Source: an uncultured Acidobacteriota bacterium
Lineage (GTDB): Bacteria > Acidobacteriota > Thermoanaerobaculia > Multivoradales > JAGPDF01
Direction: 5' to 3'
Length of the DNA stretch: 64,000 nt
NCBI GenBank assembly: GCA_963803995.1
Contig: CAWDOT010000026.1
Span: forward strand, 4,260-68,259
The translations under genes were made by a program, and so were the position numbers. The notes under the pieces are model-generated. The model was given only the letters and a program-made list of their open reading frames with translations. It did no database searches and was not told the origin of the DNA. Position 1 is the stretch's first letter, and every line of letters starts with the position of its first letter. Positions 23,077 through 30,948 of the stretch are shown piece after piece.

Positions 23077-23552
23077 GGCCGCACCCGGTAGAGCGCCGCC
23101 GCGCCCTCGCGCGCCAGCACGCGCCAGCCGTCGCGCGGCGCGACCGGGCCCCAGGCGAGCACCCAGCGCGCGGCGAGGTCGGGCGGAGCCTCCGCGGACC
23201 AGACGAAGTTGGCGCGCGGCGCGAGGTACTGCGCCCAGTGCCAGACGAACGAGGCCTCGATCCCCGGCCCCGCGTCGGCGAGGACGAGCACGGTCGTGCC
23301 CCGCTCGAGACGGCCGCCGGCGCGGGCGAGCAGCCGCTCGATCTGGCCGACTTCCGGGCTCGCGCGCAACCAGAGGAAGGGCTCGAGGCCCGCCATCCCG
23401 GCCCGGCCGCCGCGGTCGGGCAGCGTCGCGGCCGAGCGCGCGAGGGCGGCGAGCGCCCAGACCGCGACGGCCAGCAGCAGGAGCTTGGATGGACGGCGCA
23501 CCAGAGCCGATCGTACAGGCGGGCGGGAGGATCCGCGCCGCTCCGATAGCAT
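23073..23552 (-). CDS. small N-terminally anchored protein, unknown function (start may be further downstream)
   Basis: 159-aa ORF with one TM (KLLLLAVAVWALAALA) and non-junk composition. It is translationally coupled (ATGA) to the membrane protein downstream. Confidence 0.5.
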   Translation of the reverse strand: MLSERRGSSRPPVRSALVRRPSKLLLLAVAVWALAALARSAATLPDRGGRAGMAGLEPFLWLRASPEVGQIERLLARAGGRLERGTTVLVLADAGPGIEASFVWHWAQYLAPRANFVWSAEAPPDLAARWVLAWGPVAPRDGWRVLAREGAAALYRVRP

Positions 23553-23575
23553 GTCGCCTCCGGGCCCACGCCGCC

Positions 23576-25984
23576 GTGCCGCCGCCGCTCCCTCTTCCGC
23601 TCGCCGTCGCCCTCGGCCCCGTCGAGGTCAAGCTCGGCTTGGCGCTCGGGATCTGCGCGCTGCTCGTGGTGCTCGAGGCGCTCGCCACGCGGGCGCTCGC
23701 CGCGCTCGGCCTGGCCGGTCGCGGCCGCGCCCGGCGCTGGCGCTCGGCGCTCGCGGTCGCGCTGCCGCTCCTCGCCGTCGCGCCCCGCCTCGAAGGACCG
23801 GAGATCCTGGCGCCGACCCACGCGCTGCGCTCCACGCCGGGGGTCCCCGACCTCGGCGCCGGCGCCTGGGACCTGCTCAACGACGCGGTCTTCCAGTTTC
23901 TGCCCTGGGAGGCCGAGGTGCGCCGGGCGTGGGCGGACGGGCGTCCGCCCTTCTGGTCCGACCGACTGCAGTCCTCGCCCTGGTCGAACCCGCAGGCGCA
24001 GGCGCTCTCCCCGGTCGCCACGCTCGCCCGCCTCTTCCCGCTCGAGCACTTCCTGCTCGCCGCCCTCGCCATCAAGCTGCTGCTGGCGGTCGACGGCGCC
24101 TGGGCGCTCGCCGCGGCGCTCGGCGCGCGCTGGCAGTTCCGGGCGCTCGCCGCGGTGTCGTTCGCGCTCGGCGGCGGCATGATGGGCTGGGCGGTCTTCC
24201 CGCACAGCTCGGCGCTCGCGCTGGTGCCCTGGCTGGCGGCCGCCGCGTTGCGCCTCGCCCGCCGCGCCGGAGCGCGGCGGTTGGTCGCCGCCGCGCTCGC
24301 GACCGCCGCGCTCGCGCTCGGCGGGCATCCCGAGGTGGCAGTCGCCGGCGGCCTGCTCGCCGCGCTCCTCGCGCTCGCGCTCCGGCGCCGCCGCGCCGCC
24401 GCGCTGCCCGCGCTCGCCCGCCTCGCGGCCGCGGCGCTGCTCGGTCTCGCGCTCGCGGCGCCGCACGTCCTGCCCTTCTGGCTCGAGACCCGCGAGTCGC
24501 AGCGCTTCGCCGAGCTCGCCGCGGCGCCCGCGCCGCGCGCGGAGGGGTACTGGACTTACATCACCGGCTGGTTCTCCGGCGCGCACTACGCCTTCCTGCG
24601 CTCGCCGCTCGGCCCGGAGGTCTTCGGCCGCCCCTACTTCGGCGAGTTCCGGGGCCCGTTCAACTGGGTCGTGGCGGTCAACGGCTACGCCGGCCTCGCG
24701 GCGCTCGCCGGCGCCGCGATCGCGCTCACCGCCGCGGCGGCGCGCCGGCGCGCGCTGCCGCTCGTCGCCTTCGTGCTCTTCGCGCTTGCCGCCGCCGCGC
24801 GCTTCGATCCGCTGATCGCGCTCGTCGACCGGCTGCCCGGCGCGCGCGCGATGGCGCTCGAGCGCTTCCTGCTCCCCGCGACCCTGGCGCTCGCGGTGGC
24901 GGGCGCGCTCGGCGCCCAGACGCTCGCGCGCCGGCCGCGGCGCGCCGGCTGGCTCGCGTTTGGCGCCGCGGCCGCCGCGAGTCTCGCCGCCGCCACCACG
25001 CCGCGCACGCTCGCGGCCTGGCTGCTGCTCGGACTGGCCGCGCTCGCCGTCCGCCGCCGCGCCGCCGTCGCCGCCGTTGCGCTCGCCGCCGCGCTCTTTC
25101 TCGACCTCGGGCTCTTCGCGCGCGACCTCGTCCCGGCCGGCTCGGCGCGCCAGCTCTACCCGCCCTCGCCCCTGCTCGGCGCGCTGGCCGAGCGGGGCGG
25201 CGCCGCGCCCTTCCGGATCGCGGCGCTCGGCGCCGCCGCCTACCCTGCGACGCTCGCGCCCAGCGGCTTCGAAGACGTCCGCGTCCACGACCCGCTCGCC
25301 GATCAGCGCTACCTCGACCTGACCGGCGCCGCCTTCGGCTTCCACCCGACGACCCGCGTCTACTTCGCGGAGTTCGCCCACCCCGAGCGCCCCTTCGCCG
25401 ACTTTCTCGGACTGCGCTTCCTGCTCGCGCGCCCCGCGGACCCGGGACCGCCCGGCTGGACGCGCATCGCCGTGCCGGGCGAGCCGCTCTGGGCCGCCTG
25501 GGAGAACCCGGGCGCGCTGCCGCGCGTCTTCCGGCCCGCATCCGTCGCGCTCGTGCCGCGCGCCGAGCTCGGCCAGCGCACCGCCGAGCTCGCGTCGGGC
25601 AGCGCGCCGCTGGTCGCAGCGGAGTCGGCGCCATCCTGGCTCGGCGCGGGCGGCCGACCGCGCGACGGCGACCGGGTCGAGATCGTCGCGCACCGGGACG
25701 GTCGGCTCGAAGTCGACCTCGCGCTGGCCGACGGGGGGCTGGTCGCCACCTCGCTGGTCGAGCCGGAAGGGTGGCGCGCCGAAGCCGGGGGCGCGATCCT
25801 CGAACGCGCGGAGCTGTTCGGCGCCTTCTTCGGCTTCCGCGCGCCGGCGGGGGCGAGCCGCGTCGTCCTGAGCTACCGTCCGCCCGGCCTCGCGACCGGG
25901 ACCGCGCTCGCCGCCTGCGCGTTCGTCGCGCTGGTCGGGGCCGGCTTGCGCCGACGCCTCCGCGCCATCCGGAGTCGGCGGTGA
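23576..25984 (+). CDS. YfhO-like large polytopic membrane protein (GT-C fold glycosyltransferase family), paralog 1
   Basis: The last 802 codons of ORF 22970..25984, from GTG at 23576. N-terminal LNDAVFQFLPWEAEVRRAWADGRPPFWS...NPQAQALSPV resembles the YfhO signature. Many TM stretches, plus a C-terminal soluble domain and a final TM. Confidence 0.65.
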   Translation: MPPPLPLPLAVALGPVEVKLGLALGICALLVVLEALATRALAALGLAGRGRARRWRSALAVALPLLAVAPRLEGPEILAPTHALRSTPGVPDLGAGAWDLLNDAVFQFLPWEAEVRRAWADGRPPFWSDRLQSSPWSNPQAQALSPVATLARLFPLEHFLLAALAIKLLLAVDGAWALAAALGARWQFRALAAVSFALGGGMMGWAVFPHSSALALVPWLAAAALRLARRAGARRLVAAALATAALALGGHPEVAVAGGLLAALLALALRRRRAAALPALARLAAAALLGLALAAPHVLPFWLETRESQRFAELAAAPAPRAEGYWTYITGWFSGAHYAFLRSPLGPEVFGRPYFGEFRGPFNWVVAVNGYAGLAALAGAAIALTAAAARRRALPLVAFVLFALAAAARFDPLIALVDRLPGARAMALERFLLPATLALAVAGALGAQTLARRPRRAGWLAFGAAAAASLAAATTPRTLAAWLLLGLAALAVRRRAAVAAVALAAALFLDLGLFARDLVPAGSARQLYPPSPLLGALAERGGAAPFRIAALGAAAYPATLAPSGFEDVRVHDPLADQRYLDLTGAAFGFHPTTRVYFAEFAHPERPFADFLGLRFLLARPADPGPPGWTRIAVPGEPLWAAWENPGALPRVFRPASVALVPRAELGQRTAELASGSAPLVAAESAPSWLGAGGRPRDGDRVEIVAHRDGRLEVDLALADGGLVATSLVEPEGWRAEAGGAILERAELFGAFFGFRAPAGASRVVLSYRPPGLATGTALAACAFVALVGAGLRRRLRAIRSRR

Positions 25985-28341
25985 GCGCGGTCGCGCTCTA
26001 CGCGCTGCTCGGCTGGGCCGCGACGGCGGCGGCCGCGCGCTGGGTGCTGCCGATCCGCGCACGCGCCCGCTGGGCGATCGTCCTGTTGCCGCTGGTGGCG
26101 ACCGGCGCCGCGCTCCTGCGCGGCGACGTGCTGGCGCCGATCGATCTCGCCTGGGCCGCGGAGCCGCTCGCCTCGGTGCGCGCCGAGCGGGGAGTCGACC
26201 TGGTCTCCCCGGGCGCCCTGCACGACGTGCACACCCAGATGGTGCCCTGGCGCAAGGCCGTGCGCTGGGCCTTCGGGCAGGGGGAGTGGCCGCTGTCGAA
26301 CCCCTTCGTCCTCGGCGGCGATCCGCTCGCGCCTTCGGCGGTGCCGGCGGCCTGGCATCCGGTCAACCTGCTCGCGCTCCTCCTGCCGCTGCCGCAGTCC
26401 TACACCTTCGCGGCGGCGGCGACGCTGCTCACCGCCGCGCTCGCGCTCTTCCTGCTCGCCCGCGACGCCGGGTGCCGTGAGGAGGTCGCGCTCGTCGCCG
26501 CGGCGGGCTGGGCCTATGCGAGCTACCTCGGTTTCTGGCTCGAGTGGCCGCAGGGCCCGGCCGCGGCCGCCACGCCGCTGTTCTGGCTCGGCGCGCGCCG
26601 GGCGGCGCGCGCCCCGGGGCGGCGGAGCGCCGCGCTCCTCGGCGCCGCCAGCCTGCTGCTGCTGTTCTCCGGGCACCCCGAGTCGGCCCTCTTCGCGGTC
26701 GCCGCGGGCGGCGTGATCTTCGCCACCGAGCTCGCCGCCACGCGGCCGCGCCGGCTGCGCGCCGCGTTCGCCACGGCGCTCGCCGGCGGCCTCGTCGCGC
26801 TCGCGCTCGCGGCGGTCGACCTCCTCCCCTTCCTCGACACGCTCGACCAGAGCGCGCAGCACGCCGAGCGGCGCGCGGTCTACGCGCGGATCGAACGCGC
26901 CGCCCCGCTCGCCGCCGCGCTCGAGAACCTGCGCCCCAACCTGATCCCGTTCGTTCACGGCGTCGAGGGGCGCCGGCTCGCCGACCCGCCGCGCATCCTG
27001 CATGCCCCCGCGGCGACCGCCTATGCCGGAGGCCTGCTCGCCGTCGCGGCGGGCTACGCGCTGCTGCGCGGCAGCGGCGCGCTGCGCTTCGCGCTCGCCG
27101 GGCTGGCCGCGGCCGGAACGCTGCTCGCGGTCAAGCTGCCGGTCTGGGTCGACCTCTGGCGGCGCCTGCCGCTGTTCGACATCGCGCTGCCCGAGTACGG
27201 GTATCTCTGGGCGGCGCCGGCGGTCGTCCTCGCCGGCGCGCTCGGGCTCGAGCGCGGTCTCGAACCGGGCGAACGGCGGCGTTTCGCGGCCTTCCTGGCG
27301 CTCGGCGCGCTCCTGCTCGCGCTCGCGGTCGCCGCGCTGCGCCCCGAGCTCGCCGCCGCGAAGCTCGACGACGCCTTCGTCCTGCGCGAGGCCTTCTGGC
27401 TGCTCGCCCCGCTCGCGGCCGGCGCGCTCGCGGTGGCGCTGGCGCCGCCGCGCGTCGCGGCGATCCTCCTGCTCGGGCTGCTCCTCGCCGGGCGCCGGGC
27501 CGAGCTCGGCCACATCTACCGCGCCTTCCCGGAGCCGATGTTCTACCCGGCGGTGGCGCCGTTCGACCGGCTGCCGCGCGGCGGCGAGCCCTACCGCGTG
27601 GTCGGCCTCGGCTACGCGCTGGTGCCCAACCTCGCGACGATGTGGGAGCTCGAGGACGTGCGCGGCTACAACGCGCTGACGCTCGCCCGCCTCGCCGACA
27701 CCTACCCGATCTGGAGCTCGCGCGCAGAGTACTGGTTCAACCGCGTCGACGAGCTCCACCCCTTCCTCTCGCTGCTCAACGTCCGCTTCGCGCTCGCGCC
27801 GCCCGGCTTCGCCCCGCCCGCGCTCTGGCGCGAAGTCGGACGCGGCACGGGCTGGACGCTGTTCGAGAACGGGGGCGTGTTGCCGCGCGCCTTCGCGCCG
27901 CGCGAGGTCCGCTTCGGCGGCGACGACGCCGAGCGTCTGGCCGACCTCGCCCGCACCTGGAATTTCCGCCGCCGCGCCTGGATCGAGCCGCGCGACGGGC
28001 CGGCGCCGGCGCCGGGCATCGAGCGCAACGGCGCCGGCGCAGTTCTGGCCGTCGCGCGCGAGGGTTCGGGCTACCGGATGACGACGGAGTTCGAGTCGCC
28101 CGGCTGGGTGGTGGTTTCGACCCCGGCCTGGCGGGGCTGGCGCGCCCGCGCCGGAGGGGAGGAGCTGCCGGTCGCCGTCGCCGACCACGCGCTGGTCGCG
28201 TTCCGGGCGCCGGCCGGCCGCGCCGAGGTCGAGCTGCGCTTCCGGCCCCGCTCGTTCGACGTGGGCCTCGCGCTCTCCGCCGCGACCGCCGCCGCGCTCG
28301 TCGCCGCCGGCTGGCGGCGGCGCGCGCGCCGCGCGCGCTGA
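25981..28341 (+). CDS. YfhO-like large polytopic membrane protein, paralog 2
   Basis: The last 786 codons of ORF 23209..28341, from GTG at 25981 (GTGA overlap with paralog 1). It has HDVHTQMVPWRKAVRWAFGQGEWPLSNPFVLGGDPL and the same overall architecture as paralog 1. Confidence 0.65.
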   Translation: MSAVALYALLGWAATAAAARWVLPIRARARWAIVLLPLVATGAALLRGDVLAPIDLAWAAEPLASVRAERGVDLVSPGALHDVHTQMVPWRKAVRWAFGQGEWPLSNPFVLGGDPLAPSAVPAAWHPVNLLALLLPLPQSYTFAAAATLLTAALALFLLARDAGCREEVALVAAAGWAYASYLGFWLEWPQGPAAAATPLFWLGARRAARAPGRRSAALLGAASLLLLFSGHPESALFAVAAGGVIFATELAATRPRRLRAAFATALAGGLVALALAAVDLLPFLDTLDQSAQHAERRAVYARIERAAPLAAALENLRPNLIPFVHGVEGRRLADPPRILHAPAATAYAGGLLAVAAGYALLRGSGALRFALAGLAAAGTLLAVKLPVWVDLWRRLPLFDIALPEYGYLWAAPAVVLAGALGLERGLEPGERRRFAAFLALGALLLALAVAALRPELAAAKLDDAFVLREAFWLLAPLAAGALAVALAPPRVAAILLLGLLLAGRRAELGHIYRAFPEPMFYPAVAPFDRLPRGGEPYRVVGLGYALVPNLATMWELEDVRGYNALTLARLADTYPIWSSRAEYWFNRVDELHPFLSLLNVRFALAPPGFAPPALWREVGRGTGWTLFENGGVLPRAFAPREVRFGGDDAERLADLARTWNFRRRAWIEPRDGPAPAPGIERNGAGAVLAVAREGSGYRMTTEFESPGWVVVSTPAWRGWRARAGGEELPVAVADHALVAFRAPAGRAEVELRFRPRSFDVGLALSAATAAALVAAGWRRRARRAR

Positions 28342-28345
28342 GGAC

Positions 28346-28717
28346 TCAGTCCTTGGATGCAGGTTTGGCGGGCGCCGAGGCGGCCGAGTCCGAGCCGCTC
28401 TTGGCGCTCTCGCCCTTGCCCGCGCCGTCGCTCTTGCCCGAGCTGTCGGCCGCGCCGGCGCCGTCGGCCTTGCCCGAGCTCTCGCCCTTCGCGCTCTCGC
28501 CGCCGGCGGACTTCTCCGCCGGCTTCTGGCCGCCGCCCGAGCGGGCGTAGTCGGTGACATACCAGCCCGTCCCCTTGAACTGGAAGGCGGGCGCCGAGAC
28601 CATCTTCTTCAGGGCGCCGCCGCAGCGGGGGCAGAGGGCGAGCGGCGCGTCGTCGAAGCGCTGGATGACCTCGGTGACCTCGCCGCAGGCTTCGCATCGG
28701 TATTCGTAGATCGGCAT
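28346..28717 (-). CDS. FmdB-family zinc-ribbon protein with long low-complexity C-terminal tail
   Basis: MPIYEYRCEACGEVTEVIQ...LCPRCGG (CxxC...CxxC), then a Gly/Ser/Ala/Lys/Asp-rich tail. Confidence 0.85.
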   Translation of the reverse strand: MPIYEYRCEACGEVTEVIQRFDDAPLALCPRCGGALKKMVSAPAFQFKGTGWYVTDYARSGGGQKPAEKSAGGESAKGESSGKADGAGAADSSGKSDGAGKGESAKSGSDSAASAPAKPASKD

Positions 28718-28727
28718 GGCTGGCGAT

Positions 28728-29513
28728 TCAGCTGTCGGACTTGAGCTTGATCCTGATGCCGCCCGAGGGCGGGGACGCCTCGGCCGCGCCGGTGCGGCGA
28801 ATGAGGCCGAGCACGGAGTAGGCGTAGAGCAGGCGCGCGTTGTCGGCCGCGGAGAGCGTACCCTGCATGCACAGGTCGTAGAGGGTGCGCGAGCCGTCGA
28901 CCTGCGCGAGCAGGCCGTACTCTTCCTCGTCGAGCGCCACCTCGATCAGATCCTCGTAGCGGTACGCGGCCTCGAACAGCGAATCGCGCCCGCCCATGCG
29001 GGCGACCAGCGACTTGGCGTTGGCGCCGCGCCGGACGCCCTGCACGATCACCTGGCGCAGCGGGATCTGGATGCGGACCGCGTCGGCGAGCTCGAGGTCC
29101 CCCATGCGGAAGGTGACGGTGCCCTCCTCCCAGGAGAAGAGGCTCCAGACGATCCCCTCGGCGTGTTCGCGGATCGCCTGGAAGACCTGCGCCGGCGAGA
29201 GCGCGCCCTGTTCGATCAGGATCTCGCCGAGGCGGCGGCCCGACTCCTTCGAGCGGCGTTGCATGGCGGCCTGGAACTGGCCGTCGCTGAGGCGGCCGAT
29301 CCGGCGCAGGAAACCGCCCAGGCTGTCCGCCAGGTCGCTCGACGAGGCGTGCACGACGTAGCCGCCCTCCAGCCAGACCCGCTTGCTGAAGTCGCCGACG
29401 CTCGCCTCGATCACCCCCGCGACGCGGGTGCGGTGGATGATCGCGAGCATCTCCGGCAGGGCGGTCTGGCGCAGGTCGCCGCGGTAGTGAGGAGGACGCT
29501 CTCCCAAACCCAT
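28728..29513 (-). CDS. DUF4388-domain protein
   Basis: The last 261 codons of ORF 28728..30347, from ATG at 29513. The N-terminal RGDLRQTALPEMLAIIHRTRVAGVI matches the DUF4388 opening pattern as I remember it. Confidence 0.6.
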   Translation of the reverse strand: MGLGERPPHYRGDLRQTALPEMLAIIHRTRVAGVIEASVGDFSKRVWLEGGYVVHASSSDLADSLGGFLRRIGRLSDGQFQAAMQRRSKESGRRLGEILIEQGALSPAQVFQAIREHAEGIVWSLFSWEEGTVTFRMGDLELADAVRIQIPLRQVIVQGVRRGANAKSLVARMGGRDSLFEAAYRYEDLIEVALDEEEYGLLAQVDGSRTLYDLCMQGTLSAADNARLLYAYSVLGLIRRTGAAEASPPSGGIRIKLKSDS

Positions 29514-29591
29514 CGAATGCCTCGAAGCGGCGATGCTATCCCAGGCGGGGTGCCGGTTGCGGCGCGGCGCGCGCCGTTGTAGAACCGCGGC

Positions 29592-30786
29592 GTGCTCTCC
29601 GTCGACGCAGCCTGGCGGCGCCTCGAGGCCTGGCTCGAGCCGCTGCCCGCGGTCACCCTCGCGCGCCGCGCCGCGCTCGGGGCCCGGACCGCCGAGCCGA
29701 TCGCCGCGCGCGCCGATCTGCCTCCGGCGGATGTCTCGGCGCTCGACGGCTTCGCCTTCGCCGGAGATCTGCCGGCCGGCGCCCGCCTGGCGGTCGACTT
29801 CACGGTCGCGGCGGGCGCGGCCCCCGGGGCCCGCCTCGCCGCGGGCGCCGCGGCGCGCGTGATGACCGGCGCGCCGGTGCCGCTCGGCGCGGACCGGGTG
29901 GTGGCGCTCGAGGCGACCCGGCAGGAACCCGACGCGATCCGCCTCGCCGGCGCCGCCCCGCCCGCCGGCGCGGCGATCCGCCGGCGCGCCGAGGTCGTCG
30001 CCGCGGGCGACGAGCTGCTGCCGGCCGGCGCCCGGCTCGGACCGGCGGCGCTCTCGCTGCTCGCCAGCCAGGGGATCGAATCGCTCGCCGTCCATCGCCC
30101 GCCGCGGGTCGCCGTGCTCACCACCGGCGACGAGGTCGTGGCGCCCGAGGCGACGCCCCCGCCCGGCGCGCTGCGCGACTCGCACACCGACTACCTGGTC
30201 GCCGCCGGCGCCCGGCTGGGGCTCGCCTTCGACAGCCTGGGCATCGCCCCCGACGACCCCGCGTTGCTCGCCGACCGCGTCGCGGCCGGGCTCGACTACG
30301 ACCTGCTGCTGACCTGTGGCGGCGTCTCGGCCGGCGACTACGACCACCTCGAGGGCGTCTTCGCGCGGCTCGGCTGCGAGACCTTCTTCGACGCGGTGGC
30401 GATGCAGCCCGGCAAGCCCCTGGTGGCGGCGCGGCGCGCACGGACGCTCGTCCTCGGCCTGCCCGGCAACCCCGCGTCGGCGATCGTCGCCTTCGCGCTC
30501 TTCGCGGCGCCGGCGCTCGATCGCCTGCGCGGCGGCGACGCGAGCTGCTGGAGCGACGCCTTCGAGGTCGAGCTCGCCGCCGCGCTGCCGGGCGCGAAGG
30601 ACCGGGACCGCTTCCTGCCCGCCGCGCGGCGCGCCGGCGCCGGCGCAGCCGCGCGCGTTGCCGCTCGCGGCGGCCGGCTCGCACGACCTCGCCGCCTTCG
30701 CGCGCGCCGACCTGCTGCTGCGCGTGCGCGCGGGCGAGGACCCGCGCGCGGCCGGCGCGCGGGTCGAGGCGATCGCGTTGCCCTAG
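29592..30786 (+). pseudogene. moeA: molybdopterin molybdenumtransferase MoeA, frame-disrupted (shift between about 30615 and 30655)
   Basis: DVSALDGFAF, MTGAPVP, TTGDEV, LLLTCGGVSAGDYD, GLPGNPASA. The C-terminus ALPLAAAGSHDLAAFARADLLLRV...AIALP is in the frame of ORF 30316..30786 (TAG at 30784). Confidence 0.88.
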
Positions 30787-30819
30787 GCGGGCGTCGGACG
30801 GATGCGGATGAAGATGAAG

Positions 30820-30919
30820 TGGCGGAAGCGCATGGGAATCGAACCCACCTCCGCCGCCGCCAAGGGCGCCGGACGACGGTTTTGAAGACCGCGGAAGGCA
30901 CCAGCCCCCGCGCGCTTCC
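30820..30919 (-). tRNA. selC: tRNA-Sec (anticodon UCA), 100 nt including encoded CCA
   Basis: The reverse complement reads GGAAGCGCGCGGGGGCTGGTGCCTTCCGCGGTCTTCAAAACCGTCGTCCGGCGCCCTTGGCGGCGGCGGAGGTGGGTTCGATTCCCATGCGCTTCCGCCA. It has an 8-bp acceptor stem (GGAAGCGC/GCGCTTCC), anticodon loop CUUCAAA, a long variable arm, a GGTTCGATTCC T-arm and discriminator G plus CCA. The ends resemble E. coli selC (GGAAG...CTTCAAA...CTTCCGCCA). Confidence 0.85.
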
Positions 30920-30948
30920 ACGCCTATCTTAGCCTCGACGCCGCCGGT

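Noticed and set aside
23209-25980. The upstream 924 codons of the 1710-aa plus-strand ORF 23209..28341.
   Set aside because: The composition is RRRPAAR-type junk. It overlaps the coherent YfhO-like paralog 1 in another frame. The real gene starts at GTG 25981.
20432-26062. A 1876-aa minus-strand ORF, the longest in the track.
   Set aside because: Only its last 438 codons (the methyltransferase) look real. Upstream the translation is Arg/Ala/Pro/Gly junk. It runs antisense to the hydrophobic, motif-bearing YfhO-like genes on the plus strand. A GTG start with a GTGA overlap at 21748 explains the real gene. It is a GC-driven open frame.
30787-30932. The moeA ORF (29592..30932) appears to read through the tRNA region.
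   Set aside because: This is an artefact of the frame disruption near 30640. The conserved MoeA C-terminus is in another frame and stops at 30786. The tail overlaps the tRNA-Sec gene.
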